Shown here: positions 51,717-61,196 of the stretch, piece by piece
Position numbering within the stretch: the stretch's first letter is position 1
How the letters are laid out: each line of letters begins with the position of its first letter
Program-made: the position numbers and the translations under genes
Assembly: GCA_963842085.1 (NCBI GenBank)
Contig: CAWJET010000002.1
Coordinates: 32,001-96,000, forward strand
DNA from: an uncultured delta proteobacterium
Lineage (GTDB): Bacteria > Desulfobacterota > Binatia > Binatales > Binataceae
Length of the DNA stretch: 64,000 bases
Direction: 5' to 3'
Notes under the pieces: generated by a model
Seen by the model: only the letters and a program-made list of their open reading frames with translations
The model's database searches: none
Told to the model about the DNA's origin: nothing

Positions 51717-53243
51717 ATGGAATCGCCGCTCAACGTATTGTTCATAACGGCCGACCAATGGCGCGGCGACTGCCTTTCTGCGCTGGATCATCCCGTCGTT
51801 CGCACGCCGAATCTCGACGCGCTGGCGGCCGAGGGCGTACTTTTCCGGCGTCACTTCGCCAACGCTGTTCCGTGCGGCCCCAGCCGAGCGTCGCTTCACA
51901 CCGGGATGTATCTGCAGAATCATCGCTCCGGGACCAACGGCACTCCGCTCGATGCGCGGCACACCAACTGGGCCAAAGAGGCCGCATCGCACGGCTACGA
52001 TCCGGTGCTGTTCGGTTATACCGACACCAGCCAGGATCCCCGCATGCTCGATGCTGGCGATCCGTGGCTCAAGTCGTACGAAGGGCCTCTGCCTGGCATC
52101 CGGCCCGTATGCCTGATGATCGGCACGCCGACGCCGTGGACCGATTGGCTCAAGGCTCGCGGTTTCGAAGTGCCGGCGGATATTCGGTTCGCCTATGGCT
52201 ATCGTGCCGATGGGCCGGACTACGAAGACGGCGCGGCGCATCCCAAGCCGCTCAAGTATCCGGCGGAATTCGACGACACCGCGTTCCTGGTCGGCCAAAC
52301 GATCGATTACATCAAAAGCGCGCACGGTCCGTTCGTCGCGCACTTGTCAATTCTGCGGCCGCATCCGCCCTTCATCGCGCCCGAGCCTTACAACGCGATG
52401 TACGATCCCGCGCGAGTGCCGGGATTCACGCGTCTGGCGACACCCGAAGAGGAGGCGCGTCAGCATCCGTGGCTCGCGCATCAGCTGACGCGCCGAATTT
52501 TCAGGGCCACCGACAATGAGAAGAGACTTCGGCGGCTGAAGGCCGTTTACTACGGACTCATGAGCCGGGTTGACGCGGAGATTGGAAGGCTGGTCCGGTT
52601 TCTCAAGGAGTCGGGGCGATGGGATTCGACGTTCATCATCTTTACTTCCGATCACGGTGAGCAGATCGGCGACCACTGGCTCATCGGCAAGTGCGGCTAT
52701 TTCGACGGCTCCTACCACATACCGCTAATCGTCCGCGATCCGCGGCCGCAAGCCGATTCCGCGCGCGGCGCGGTGATTTCGGACTTCACCGAAAACGTCG
52801 ATATCATGCCGACGATGCTGCAAGCGATCGGCGCCGAAATTCCAGTGCAATGCGACGGGCTATCGCTCGCGCCGTTCCTCGAAGGCGCGAGCCGCCCCGA
52901 CCAATGGCGGAGCGAAGCGCATTGGGAGTTCGACTTTCGCGATCCCGCCGACGACTCCGCGGAGCGCGCTCTCGGCCTCACGATGCATCAATGCACGATG
53001 AACGTCGTCCGGGGCGAGCGCTACAAATATGTTCATTTCACGAATCTTCCGCCATTGTTTTTTGATTTGAAGAACGACCCGGGCGAGTTCGTGAATCTGG
53101 CGGGTGACGCTGCGTACGCGCCGCTGGTACTCGAGTACGCGCAGAAGCTCCTGTCATGGCGCATGAACCATGATGAGCAAACACTGACGCATATAATGCT
53201 CAGTGACGGCGGCCCGATCGCGCGCCGCGCACCGCGCTACTGA
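51717..53243 (+). CDS. Phosphonate monoester hydrolase (sulfatase superfamily, PehA-like)
   Basis: ADQWRGD, CGPSRASL.TG.Y..NH, SDHGEQ.GDH. Confidence 0.8.
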   Translation: MESPLNVLFITADQWRGDCLSALDHPVVRTPNLDALAAEGVLFRRHFANAVPCGPSRASLHTGMYLQNHRSGTNGTPLDARHTNWAKEAASHGYDPVLFGYTDTSQDPRMLDAGDPWLKSYEGPLPGIRPVCLMIGTPTPWTDWLKARGFEVPADIRFAYGYRADGPDYEDGAAHPKPLKYPAEFDDTAFLVGQTIDYIKSAHGPFVAHLSILRPHPPFIAPEPYNAMYDPARVPGFTRLATPEEEARQHPWLAHQLTRRIFRATDNEKRLRRLKAVYYGLMSRVDAEIGRLVRFLKESGRWDSTFIIFTSDHGEQIGDHWLIGKCGYFDGSYHIPLIVRDPRPQADSARGAVISDFTENVDIMPTMLQAIGAEIPVQCDGLSLAPFLEGASRPDQWRSEAHWEFDFRDPADDSAERALGLTMHQCTMNVVRGERYKYVHFTNLPPLFFDLKNDPGEFVNLAGDAAYAPLVLEYAQKLLSWRMNHDEQTLTHIMLSDGGPIARRAPRY

Positions 53244-53292
53244 GAAATTTCTGTCTCCTCGCCCTGCGTGCGGATTGCGCAAAGCGCACCCG

Positions 53293-54111
53293 CTACGGGC
53301 GCTCGCCGTTGCGGATGCGCGCCTCGATCTCGTCGAGAGCAGGCTCTAAATCCGCCACCGCGTCGATTACCTGATGCGCGCCGGCTGTGGACAGCGCGAT
53401 CCGCGCGTGCTCGAGCCGCGTCGCTTGCTCTGCCGGTGTGAGTGCCGCGAAATCTTCCGCGGGCAGCCCGATCATGTTGCCGGTGCGGGCGACGCCGATC
53501 GTCCACACGCCTGCGCGCAATCCCTCTTCGATATCGACGGGTGTGTCACCGACTTTCACGATCGCTTCGAGCGGCTCGACCTGCAGACGTATGGCGTTGG
53601 CGAAGATCATCCACGGATGCGGGCGTCCGGCGCCGACGTCATCCGGAGTGATGGCGCAGTCGGGCTGGTACCCATGCTCGGCGGCTGGCCGGAGGATCTT
53701 GTCGAGCATCGCGCGCGTGTATCCGGTGGTGCTTCCTATTTTGATTCCGCGTTTGCGGATGCGCACGACGGTTTCCGCGACTCCGTCGATCACGGTTGAG
53801 TATTTCAGCAGGCATTCGAGCTGCAGCGGCACGAAGTTCGCGAACAGGCTCTCGACGTCCGCTTCGCTCGGCTCATGCCCAACGGCGTCGCGCCATCGGG
53901 CAGAGACGTTTGGCCCGAACAGTATCTTTCTGATGTGGTCCTTTTTGAGGACGCCCATGTCGCGCCGCGCTTGCGCTTCCGAGATGGGAACGCCGCGCTC
54001 GGCAAACACCTGTTGCAGAACGCGGACCGGAGCGAGGCTGCCGTGATCGACCGTCGTGCCCGCCCAATCCAGAATGACGGCCTTCACCGGCCCCGAATAT
54101 GATTGCTTCAT
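53293..54111 (-). CDS. phnX: Phosphonoacetaldehyde hydrolase
   Basis: DWAGTTVDHGS.AP, MG..KKDHI, STTGY, GRP.PWM, KVGDT. Confidence 0.93.
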   Translation of the reverse strand: MKQSYSGPVKAVILDWAGTTVDHGSLAPVRVLQQVFAERGVPISEAQARRDMGVLKKDHIRKILFGPNVSARWRDAVGHEPSEADVESLFANFVPLQLECLLKYSTVIDGVAETVVRIRKRGIKIGSTTGYTRAMLDKILRPAAEHGYQPDCAITPDDVGAGRPHPWMIFANAIRLQVEPLEAIVKVGDTPVDIEEGLRAGVWTIGVARTGNMIGLPAEDFAALTPAEQATRLEHARIALSTAGAHQVIDAVADLEPALDEIEARIRNGERP

Positions 54112-55253
54112 TATATGTCCATCTCGCGAATCATCTGTTCGGCCAGGCCGAACGACAGCGTCATCCCGGAGCCGCCGACTGCCGTCACGATGCGCACGCC
54201 GGGCGCGGCGTCCATCGCGACCCAGGACTTGTCGGGATGCTTTGCGTAGACGCCGTACCATCGCTGCGCGATCGAAAGGTCCGGCGCGATCAGGAATTCG
54301 CGCACGTTTTTCATCACGAGTTCGTCGATTTCGGTTTTGTTGAACACATCGACCGCGAGGCCGTACTCGTGCGAATCGCCAAGCGTCAGCGCGCCGTCGG
54401 CAGTCTGCGAGACCAGCGTGTGAATGGCGAAGCGATCGTAGTCGGCCAGTTCGCGTGCGACGCGCTCCTTGTATTTCGGTAACGTCGCCGTGCAGATTTC
54501 AAACGCGGGATAAAAGCGCAGCGTGAGGCCAGCGGCGAGCGACGGGCCAAGTTGCCAGCCGGCTTTCTGCGGAGCGGTGCGCATCATCTGCAGCTTGCAT
54601 CGATCGATCGCGCTGGCGGCGAACAATTCCGGGTAGAGCGTTTCGAAATCGTCGCCGCCGCAGACAACCGCGTGCGCGGCCTGCCAGACTTCCGTGCCGG
54701 CTTCGATACGCGGCAACTGGATCGATCGCACTGCGGTCCCGAAGCGGAACTGCACGCCGAATTTCTCAGTCAGAAAGGCCGGCAGCTTCGCAAGGATCTG
54801 CCGCGGATCGACGGTGAGCTCGGTCGGACTCCAGATACCGCCTAGAAGTCCATCGGGATTAACGGCCTGGCTCTTCTTCGCTACGTCGGCGGGCGAAAGC
54901 CACGTGCACGTATAGCCGACGCCCGGCGCGCGCTCGGCGAACTCGCGCGCCACGTCCGCTTCGTCCTGATGATAAGCAACGTGCAGCGAGCCGGTCGGAC
55001 GATACGGCAATCCGGCGGCCTCGAGAATCTCATTCCAGATCTGGCGGCTGCGCAGCGCCATCTGATGAACCGCGCCAGCGCGTTGCCCGATCGGCCAGAT
55101 CATGCCGAAGTTACGCACCGACGCGCCCTGCGCTCTGGGAGTGCGCTCGAACACGACGACCGAGCGCCCGCGTTTCGCGGCAAAGTACGCATGGGCGAGC
55201 CCGAGGATGCCGGCGCCGACGATTGCCACGTCCGCTTTTCGATTTGCGCTCAT
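54111..55253 (-). CDS. FAD-dependent amine oxidoreductase (TIGR03364/Pbf-like)
   Basis: GAGILGLAHA, GASVRNFG, CKLQM, GDSHEY, W.GVYAK, GMTLSFGLAE; coupled to phnX. Confidence 0.85.
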   Translation of the reverse strand: MSANRKADVAIVGAGILGLAHAYFAAKRGRSVVVFERTPRAQGASVRNFGMIWPIGQRAGAVHQMALRSRQIWNEILEAAGLPYRPTGSLHVAYHQDEADVAREFAERAPGVGYTCTWLSPADVAKKSQAVNPDGLLGGIWSPTELTVDPRQILAKLPAFLTEKFGVQFRFGTAVRSIQLPRIEAGTEVWQAAHAVVCGGDDFETLYPELFAASAIDRCKLQMMRTAPQKAGWQLGPSLAAGLTLRFYPAFEICTATLPKYKERVARELADYDRFAIHTLVSQTADGALTLGDSHEYGLAVDVFNKTEIDELVMKNVREFLIAPDLSIAQRWYGVYAKHPDKSWVAMDAAPGVRIVTAVGGSGMTLSFGLAEQMIREMDI

Positions 55254-55356
55254 CGCGTGCTTTGCCGGAGTCTCCACAGCAATAGCACTTGACGCAACCG
55301 TGATCAGCGTCCCGGCGTTGAACGCCGGTTCGAGTTGACGCTATGTACATGACAGT

Positions 55357-56052
55357 ATGCGGGGATTTAGCATCAAGCGCCGTGGACGCGCGCTCGCGGG
55401 CATCCTGATCGCGGCGCTGATTGCGGCCTTGGCGACCGCGCCGAACGCGCGGAGCACGGACCTGACGACGCCTTCATTTCTGGTCGCCACCCGCGACCTG
55501 CAGGATCCATTATTTCAGCACTCCGTGGTCCTGATGGTGCCGTCAACGGAGCCGCCGCTGCTGGCCGGCCTCATAATCAACAATCCCGCCAGAGAGCGGG
55601 TGCGAGATATGTTCCCGCAAGCGCGCCAGTTGAACGGCGCGGATGAATCGATCTACACGGGCGGTCCGGTGGAACCGGACGAGGCGTCGGTGATCTTTCG
55701 GGCGTCGTCGGCAATCGGATCGGCGGTCAGGGTTTTCGATGATACTTACGTTGCGACCGGCCACGACGCGATAGCCGCGGTCCTGAAAGACCCGCGAGTC
55801 GCCGACCGGCGCGTCATCCTGGGCAAGGCTCAGTGGTTGCACGATCAGCTCTACAGCGAAGTCATGGCGGGCGCGTGGTACGTGGTCCCGGCGAAGACCG
55901 ACCTGGTTTTCAGCGATCCCAGGGATTTGTGGTCGATCCTGGTGAAGGGCGGCGATATGGAGGAGGCCGAAGCCGCCCCGGCCTCCGCGCTGAATTTGCC
56001 TTACAGGCGCTTGGATGCTACAAACTGGCAGCGTCGAATCTTACCCAATTGA
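55357..56052 (+). CDS. YqgE/AlgH-family protein with signal peptide
   Basis: LVA...L.DP.F..SVV, GLIIN, GGPV, W..DQL..E. Confidence 0.75.
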   Translation: MRGFSIKRRGRALAGILIAALIAALATAPNARSTDLTTPSFLVATRDLQDPLFQHSVVLMVPSTEPPLLAGLIINNPARERVRDMFPQARQLNGADESIYTGGPVEPDEASVIFRASSAIGSAVRVFDDTYVATGHDAIAAVLKDPRVADRRVILGKAQWLHDQLYSEVMAGAWYVVPAKTDLVFSDPRDLWSILVKGGDMEEAEAAPASALNLPYRRLDATNWQRRILPN

Positions 56053-56106
56053 TACGGAACGCGGTTGATCCCACGCCGCGCAGGACTTCTCAAGGGGACA
56101 CCGACA

Positions 56107-56535
56107 ATGGCACGGACCAAGGAACGCAGTTTCGGTCAAGTACTTCGCGATCGCCGCCGGCAGCTCGACCTGACCCAGGAAGAGGTCGCGCGACGCATCA
56201 AGACCTCCACTCCTTACATCGGGCACCTCGAATCGGCCAAACGCCACCCGTCGGACAAGATCGTCACCCGGCTTGCCGAAGTGCTCGGGCTCGATCGGCG
56301 CGAACTGTTCTTCCTGGCCAATCCGCGCGCTCAGGCTATCCTCAGCCCCGAGCCGGAGGGCGACGCCAAGTCGGCGTGGGAAGATTTTCGCAAGGACGAG
56401 CAACTCAGGCGCATTCACAACATCTCGGGCGACGAGATGGAAATGCTCGCACGCGTGGCGCTGCTGGGTGACGTGAAATCGCCGCGCGACTTCATCTATA
56501 TTCTCAATACGGTCCGCCACGCGGTCGGCCGATAG
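56107..56535 (+). CDS. XRE-family HTH regulator with C-terminal domain
   Basis: FGQVLRDRRRQLDLTQEEVA...YIGHLES..RHPS. Confidence 0.9.
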   Translation: MARTKERSFGQVLRDRRRQLDLTQEEVARRIKTSTPYIGHLESAKRHPSDKIVTRLAEVLGLDRRELFFLANPRAQAILSPEPEGDAKSAWEDFRKDEQLRRIHNISGDEMEMLARVALLGDVKSPRDFIYILNTVRHAVGR

Positions 56536-56540
56536 CAGGT

Positions 56541-57710
56541 TCAGATCGTCTTTCGAAAGGCGTCGGCTGGCGTCACCCGCAACGCGCCCATCACGGGAAT
56601 TACCGCGCTCAGGATACTGATCGCGATCGCTGCAAGCAGCGCCTCGAGCGCCGCGCCGTAGGTTACCGTCAGATAGCCGGCACTCTCCAGCACCGAGCGC
56701 AGCGTGGTGCCGCTGCCGAACTGCCACAATGCCAGCGCGCATCCAAACGCGCCGCCGACGGCGCCGATCAGAGCGCACTCGCCGAGCAGCAGGCGCGCAA
56801 CGTACGGCGGGTTGAATCCGAGCGCGCGCAAGACCGCCACGTCGCGCAATCGTTCGCGCACCGTCATCGACATCGAGTTGGCCGCGATGAGAAAAATCGT
56901 CAGCGCGATCACCGCGGAGACGGCCGAGACGATGCCGCGGATGTCGCCGACCGTGGACATCAGCCCCGAGACCGCCTCGCTTTCGGTCATCGACGCGGTC
57001 TCGAAATCCGAGTTGTGAAAGGTGCGGTCGATTTCATGAATGACCGCGGGAACGTGAGCCGCCGAATCGACCCGGGTCACCAGGAATCCCGCGGGATGCT
57101 TTTGTTCGGGGATGCCGATCGCCTTTTCCGCTTCGACCAGGTAATCGCGCCGAAACATGAAAAAATTTGGATAGTTGTCGGCCGGGATCTCGCCGACCAT
57201 CTTGAACTTGATGTCGAGCCGGTTCGAATCGCCGCGCAGCATGACCACGTCGCCGACTTTCCAGCCATGCTTGCGCATCAGGAGGCGTCCCGCGACCGCG
57301 GCGTCGCGGTTGCTCGTAAACTGCTCGAGCACCTCCGGCGGAAGATTGTAGTCGAGATACATCAGCGCGACTTTGTCCGCGTCCAGCGCGAACGCCTGCA
57401 CGGTTTCCGACGCGTTCTGGTAAGTCGCGCGCAGCACGACCATCGGCATGCAGGCGACCACGCCGGGTATCTTTTCGATCGTCCTGCAATCGCGCGCCGG
57501 CACGCCAAGGTAGCGCCCGTCGGCGTTGTAGGAATACACGCGCAGAGTCTCCGCGGTCTTCTTCAGAATCATGTCGATCGAACCGGGTATCGCGGCGAGC
57601 ACCGTGAAGATGAACGTTGCGACCGCGAACGTCAGCATCGTCAGGATCGCGCGCCGCGGCTGGCGGATGACGTAGCGGAAGACCAGATGGAGCGTTCGCA
57701 CGCGCCTCAC
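56541..57710 (-). CDS. MacB/FtsX-type ABC permease
   Basis: NSMSMTVRERLRDVAVLRALGF. Confidence 0.9.
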   Translation of the reverse strand: MRRVRTLHLVFRYVIRQPRRAILTMLTFAVATFIFTVLAAIPGSIDMILKKTAETLRVYSYNADGRYLGVPARDCRTIEKIPGVVACMPMVVLRATYQNASETVQAFALDADKVALMYLDYNLPPEVLEQFTSNRDAAVAGRLLMRKHGWKVGDVVMLRGDSNRLDIKFKMVGEIPADNYPNFFMFRRDYLVEAEKAIGIPEQKHPAGFLVTRVDSAAHVPAVIHEIDRTFHNSDFETASMTESEAVSGLMSTVGDIRGIVSAVSAVIALTIFLIAANSMSMTVRERLRDVAVLRALGFNPPYVARLLLGECALIGAVGGAFGCALALWQFGSGTTLRSVLESAGYLTVTYGAALEALLAAIAISILSAVIPVMGALRVTPADAFRKTI

Positions 57711-58876
57711 GCCTCGCGCAGCGACTCAATGATCGGCAGACGAGACGCGCGCCAGGCCGGCATCAGGCCGCCGGCAATGCCAATCAGCAGCGCGGCGGCG
57801 ATTCCGCCCAGGAGCGCGCCCACGGTGAAGGACGACGAAAAGACCACGGCGCCGACGCTCATCAGCCGGTGATTCAGCCCGGCCGCCACGCCCAGGAATA
57901 TCGCCAGCAGATCGCCGATCACGCCGCCGGCCGCCGCCAGAATCACGCTTTCAACCATAAAGCTCGTCAGCACCGAGCCCCGGCTGAAGCCCAGCGTGCG
58001 CAACACTCCCACTTCCCGCGTGCGGCGGGCGACCGCGGCGTACATCGTATTCATGCCACCGAAGGCCGCGCCCGTTCCCACGATCAGCCCGACCAGCAGC
58101 ACCAGCTGGCGCAGCCGGTCGGCGACCTTGGCCTGCTCCGCAAAGAAATCCCGCTCGCTAACCGCGTCAACCGTCAATCGCGCATCTTCGGTGAGCGCGT
58201 TGCGAAAGGTGTCCTCGGTGCCGGGCTTCAGCACGACGTGAAACGACGAATACCCATTCTCGAACCGCGCATCCTGCTGCAGGACGTCGATGTCGGTCCA
58301 GAATTCGGACTCGAGCGCGCTGCCTCGATCGGCAAAAATCCCGACGATCGTCCAGGTGCGGCGGCCGTATCTGAAGCTCGTGCCCACGCCCAGCTCGGGG
58401 AATCGCGCTGCCTGCTTCACCCCGATCACCATCTCATCGCGACCCTGCGCCGGCCATCGCCCCGCCACCAGCTTGAGTCCTCGGCGCATCCGATACGCCA
58501 CCGGCGAGACCCCGCGCAGCGACGCCGGCCGAAACTGGTTGGCCGGCCGGTCCAACGCGGCATTGAACGGTACCACCATCTCGGGAGAAAAGAGCGCCGC
58601 GCCCGACGAGTTGGTGGCGATCTCGGGCCGGGTCCGCAGGATGTCCGCCTGCTCGCGCGGAATGTAGCTCTCGCCCTCGGAACTCGTACCGCGGCTGAGA
58701 ATGATCCAGTGTCCCGGCTCGCCCGCCAGTTCCAGGCTTTGCCGCAAGCCGCTCACGAAGCTGAGCAGGATCACCACCACCATCACGACCAGCGCTATGC
58801 CAAGCGCGGTCATCAGCGAGGTAGTCCGCCGGACCATCAGGCTTCTAAGGTTGTAGGTTATCGGAATAACAGCCAT
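57707..58876 (-). CDS. MacB/FtsX-type ABC permease
   Basis: YNLRSL..R.TT, NTMYAAVARRTREVGVLRTLGF. Confidence 0.9.
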   Translation of the reverse strand: MAVIPITYNLRSLMVRRTTSLMTALGIALVVMVVVILLSFVSGLRQSLELAGEPGHWIILSRGTSSEGESYIPREQADILRTRPEIATNSSGAALFSPEMVVPFNAALDRPANQFRPASLRGVSPVAYRMRRGLKLVAGRWPAQGRDEMVIGVKQAARFPELGVGTSFRYGRRTWTIVGIFADRGSALESEFWTDIDVLQQDARFENGYSSFHVVLKPGTEDTFRNALTEDARLTVDAVSERDFFAEQAKVADRLRQLVLLVGLIVGTGAAFGGMNTMYAAVARRTREVGVLRTLGFSRGSVLTSFMVESVILAAAGGVIGDLLAIFLGVAAGLNHRLMSVGAVVFSSSFTVGALLGGIAAALLIGIAGGLMPAWRASRLPIIESLREA

Positions 58877-59040
58877 TCACAGACCGGGTAAAATCCGCCG
58901 CCGGACGGAGTCCTCCCCTGTCCTGGCCGTCGCTGCCGGTTCTCGCGCCTGGCGCAACTCTACAAGTCCGCGCCCGTGATGTGCAAACAGGCAGACATGC
59001 GTGTGACTACAGAAAGTTGTGCTGCGGCCGTATCAGCCCG

Positions 59041-60135
59041 TCAACCGGTGGCCTCCGCGACGTGCGGGATACGCCCGAGCTTCGCGCCGTCCTCTGCGCC
59101 AATCTTGCCGCGACGCGCCGGCGTGCGGCCGACCGCTTCCTCCAGCACGCCCCGGTAGCTACTCGTGATGTGAGCGCCTTCGCGAAACTCCGGCTTCGAC
59201 ATCAGGATCGCGTGGAGCTCGGGCAGGCGATAGAAGGGCACGCTCGGAAAAAAGTGATGCTCGATATGGTAGTTGACGTTTTTCGGCGCCAGAAAAATCC
59301 GCTCCAGCCAGCTCGCGTGCGTGGTCCGCGTCAGCGGGTACGCACTGTCCCCCGGCTCGATCGCGTGATGCTCGGCGATGCTGCGGATGCGCATGATCAA
59401 TACCAGCCACGTGAACATCGGCACCAGCCAGTACAGCGCGAAACCCTCGAGCGCGCCGGCGTACGCGATCGCGCCCAGGGCCGCCGCGTAAAATCCATAG
59501 CGCGCGACGAGGAACCCCGTCGGCACCGTGTCCGCCGACGCCACCGACGCCGCCAGCTTCAGCAGCGCCAGCGCGTTCAACCCGGTCACGTCGCGCAACA
59601 GCAGTTTCGCCATCCCCGGCGTCGCCTGCGGAAATACCCACGCCGCGTCGCCTGCCCGCCGCCGCAAGTCCGGATCGTCCGGCGTGTTCAGGTACCGGTG
59701 ATGCGCAAAATGGTTCTTGCGGTACTGCCGCGCCGCAACCAGATGCGGCCACGCCAGGACTACTTCCGACATCCAGTCGTTCAACCGGCGATTGCGCAGC
59801 AGCCGGTAATGCACGCCGTCGTGCATCAGGACCAGCAGCGCATGCTGGCGCGCGCCGATGAATGCGACCGCGAAGACGTACAGCATCGGATGCCAGAACC
59901 GCTGGCACAGCCAGATGGTCGCCACGATCAGTCCCCACTCGGCGCCGACGTGAAGGCAGCCGAGCCACGAATTGACGGTGGAAAGCTCCCGCAGTTCCTT
60001 CCTGGTTAGTTTGACCGGAATGTTCGTGCCGATGTCGCCGAAGCGGCCCGCCTCGGGCGACGACGCTGTTGCAGATCCGTGATTCATTTCTCCCCTCGTT
60101 CGAGCGCTCGAACCCTCGCTTGAAATCGGCGTCAT
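59041..60135 (-). CDS. Membrane fatty-acid desaturase family diiron enzyme
   Basis: His boxes HDGVH, HFAHH, HIEHH, plus AEH; start overlaps the upstream stop. Confidence 0.9.
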   Translation of the reverse strand: MTPISSEGSSARTRGEMNHGSATASSPEAGRFGDIGTNIPVKLTRKELRELSTVNSWLGCLHVGAEWGLIVATIWLCQRFWHPMLYVFAVAFIGARQHALLVLMHDGVHYRLLRNRRLNDWMSEVVLAWPHLVAARQYRKNHFAHHRYLNTPDDPDLRRRAGDAAWVFPQATPGMAKLLLRDVTGLNALALLKLAASVASADTVPTGFLVARYGFYAAALGAIAYAGALEGFALYWLVPMFTWLVLIMRIRSIAEHHAIEPGDSAYPLTRTTHASWLERIFLAPKNVNYHIEHHFFPSVPFYRLPELHAILMSKPEFREGAHITSSYRGVLEEAVGRTPARRGKIGAEDGAKLGRIPHVAEATG

Positions 60136-60845
60136 TGCATTTGCGCCGCGCTGTCTTCCTGCATCGGCCGCGAGCCCGCCATCATCGGTGCGTCCCCGTC
60201 GGCGAACGCCGGACGGCCACCCGCGGATTTTCCCTTCAGGAAATTTCGGAAGCGCAGGACCTGGTTGTCGTCGCGGGCCTCGGTGATCAATTGCGCAAAC
60301 ACCCGGGTCAGCTTCCCGAGCGATTCGCCCGCCAGGATCATCGGTTGCGCCCAAATCGCTTCGCCCTTCAGCGTTTCCAGGTACGGATACTCGACCGCTT
60401 CGCCCGCCTCGACGAAGCCCGCCGCGCGGTAAAATGGAGTGCCGTCAAACGGCTTGACCCCCAGGTACGCCAGGATCGCGCGCGCCCCCAGCCGCCCCGC
60501 CAGGATCGCCGCTCCCGCCCGCGCCAGCGCGCCCGCCCCGATCGCGCACGACCACAGTTCGCTGACCTCCAGCACCGTTCGCGGCGGCAGATGCGACAGA
60601 TCCGGCTTGGGGCAGGTCTGCGGAAACATTTCGAGGTCGTGCATCACCAGGCCGGCGATCATTCGCTCGGCCGGGTCGTCGTCGTTTTCAAACAGCGCGT
60701 AGAGATTGCCGAAGGTCAGGTGAATTCTGGCCAGTCGCGAGCGCGGGCGTTCCTTGAAGCCGACTCCATGCTTGGCACGAATCTGTTCCGTGCGCGCGGC
60801 GAAAATCCTTCGTTCGCTTTCGGTTGACAGTAAACGCAGTTCCAT
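60132..60845 (-). CDS. Hypothetical protein, GNAT-fold LuxI/FeeM-like acyltransferase candidate
   Basis: AAGGAG RBS; VLEVSELW and PFYRAAGF...G..V.YP resemble acyl-ACP acyltransferase motifs. Confidence 0.5.
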   Translation of the reverse strand: MELRLLSTESERRIFAARTEQIRAKHGVGFKERPRSRLARIHLTFGNLYALFENDDDPAERMIAGLVMHDLEMFPQTCPKPDLSHLPPRTVLEVSELWSCAIGAGALARAGAAILAGRLGARAILAYLGVKPFDGTPFYRAAGFVEAGEAVEYPYLETLKGEAIWAQPMILAGESLGKLTRVFAQLITEARDDNQVLRFRNFLKGKSAGGRPAFADGDAPMMAGSRPMQEDSAAQMQ

Positions 60846-61196
60846 GAATGCTCCTTCCCTCAGTTGAAATTCGTCGCGATTTCTCATGTCGGATTTGGAG
60901 ATGCGGCTCCTGAGCTTGCCTGCCGCATCGCGGGGGTGAACGCTGCACTCTGAATTGCCGAAGAGGCCGACAAGTCTTCGTGCGGGCCGCGCTGCCGGTT
61001 TGAAAAGCGGTCGTCAAAATCTAAACACTCAGCTTAGAAATACGTCATTTTGTTATATACTGGCGGTTAATACACAGTCCCGACTCCGGAACGCAACGTG
61101 ATTTGCACCAAAAAGAGCTGAAATAGCGCGGTTGTTGCCTATCTAGCATTAAATCCGTACTTTTGGTTATAATTTGGCTCTAAGGACGGCCTCTAA

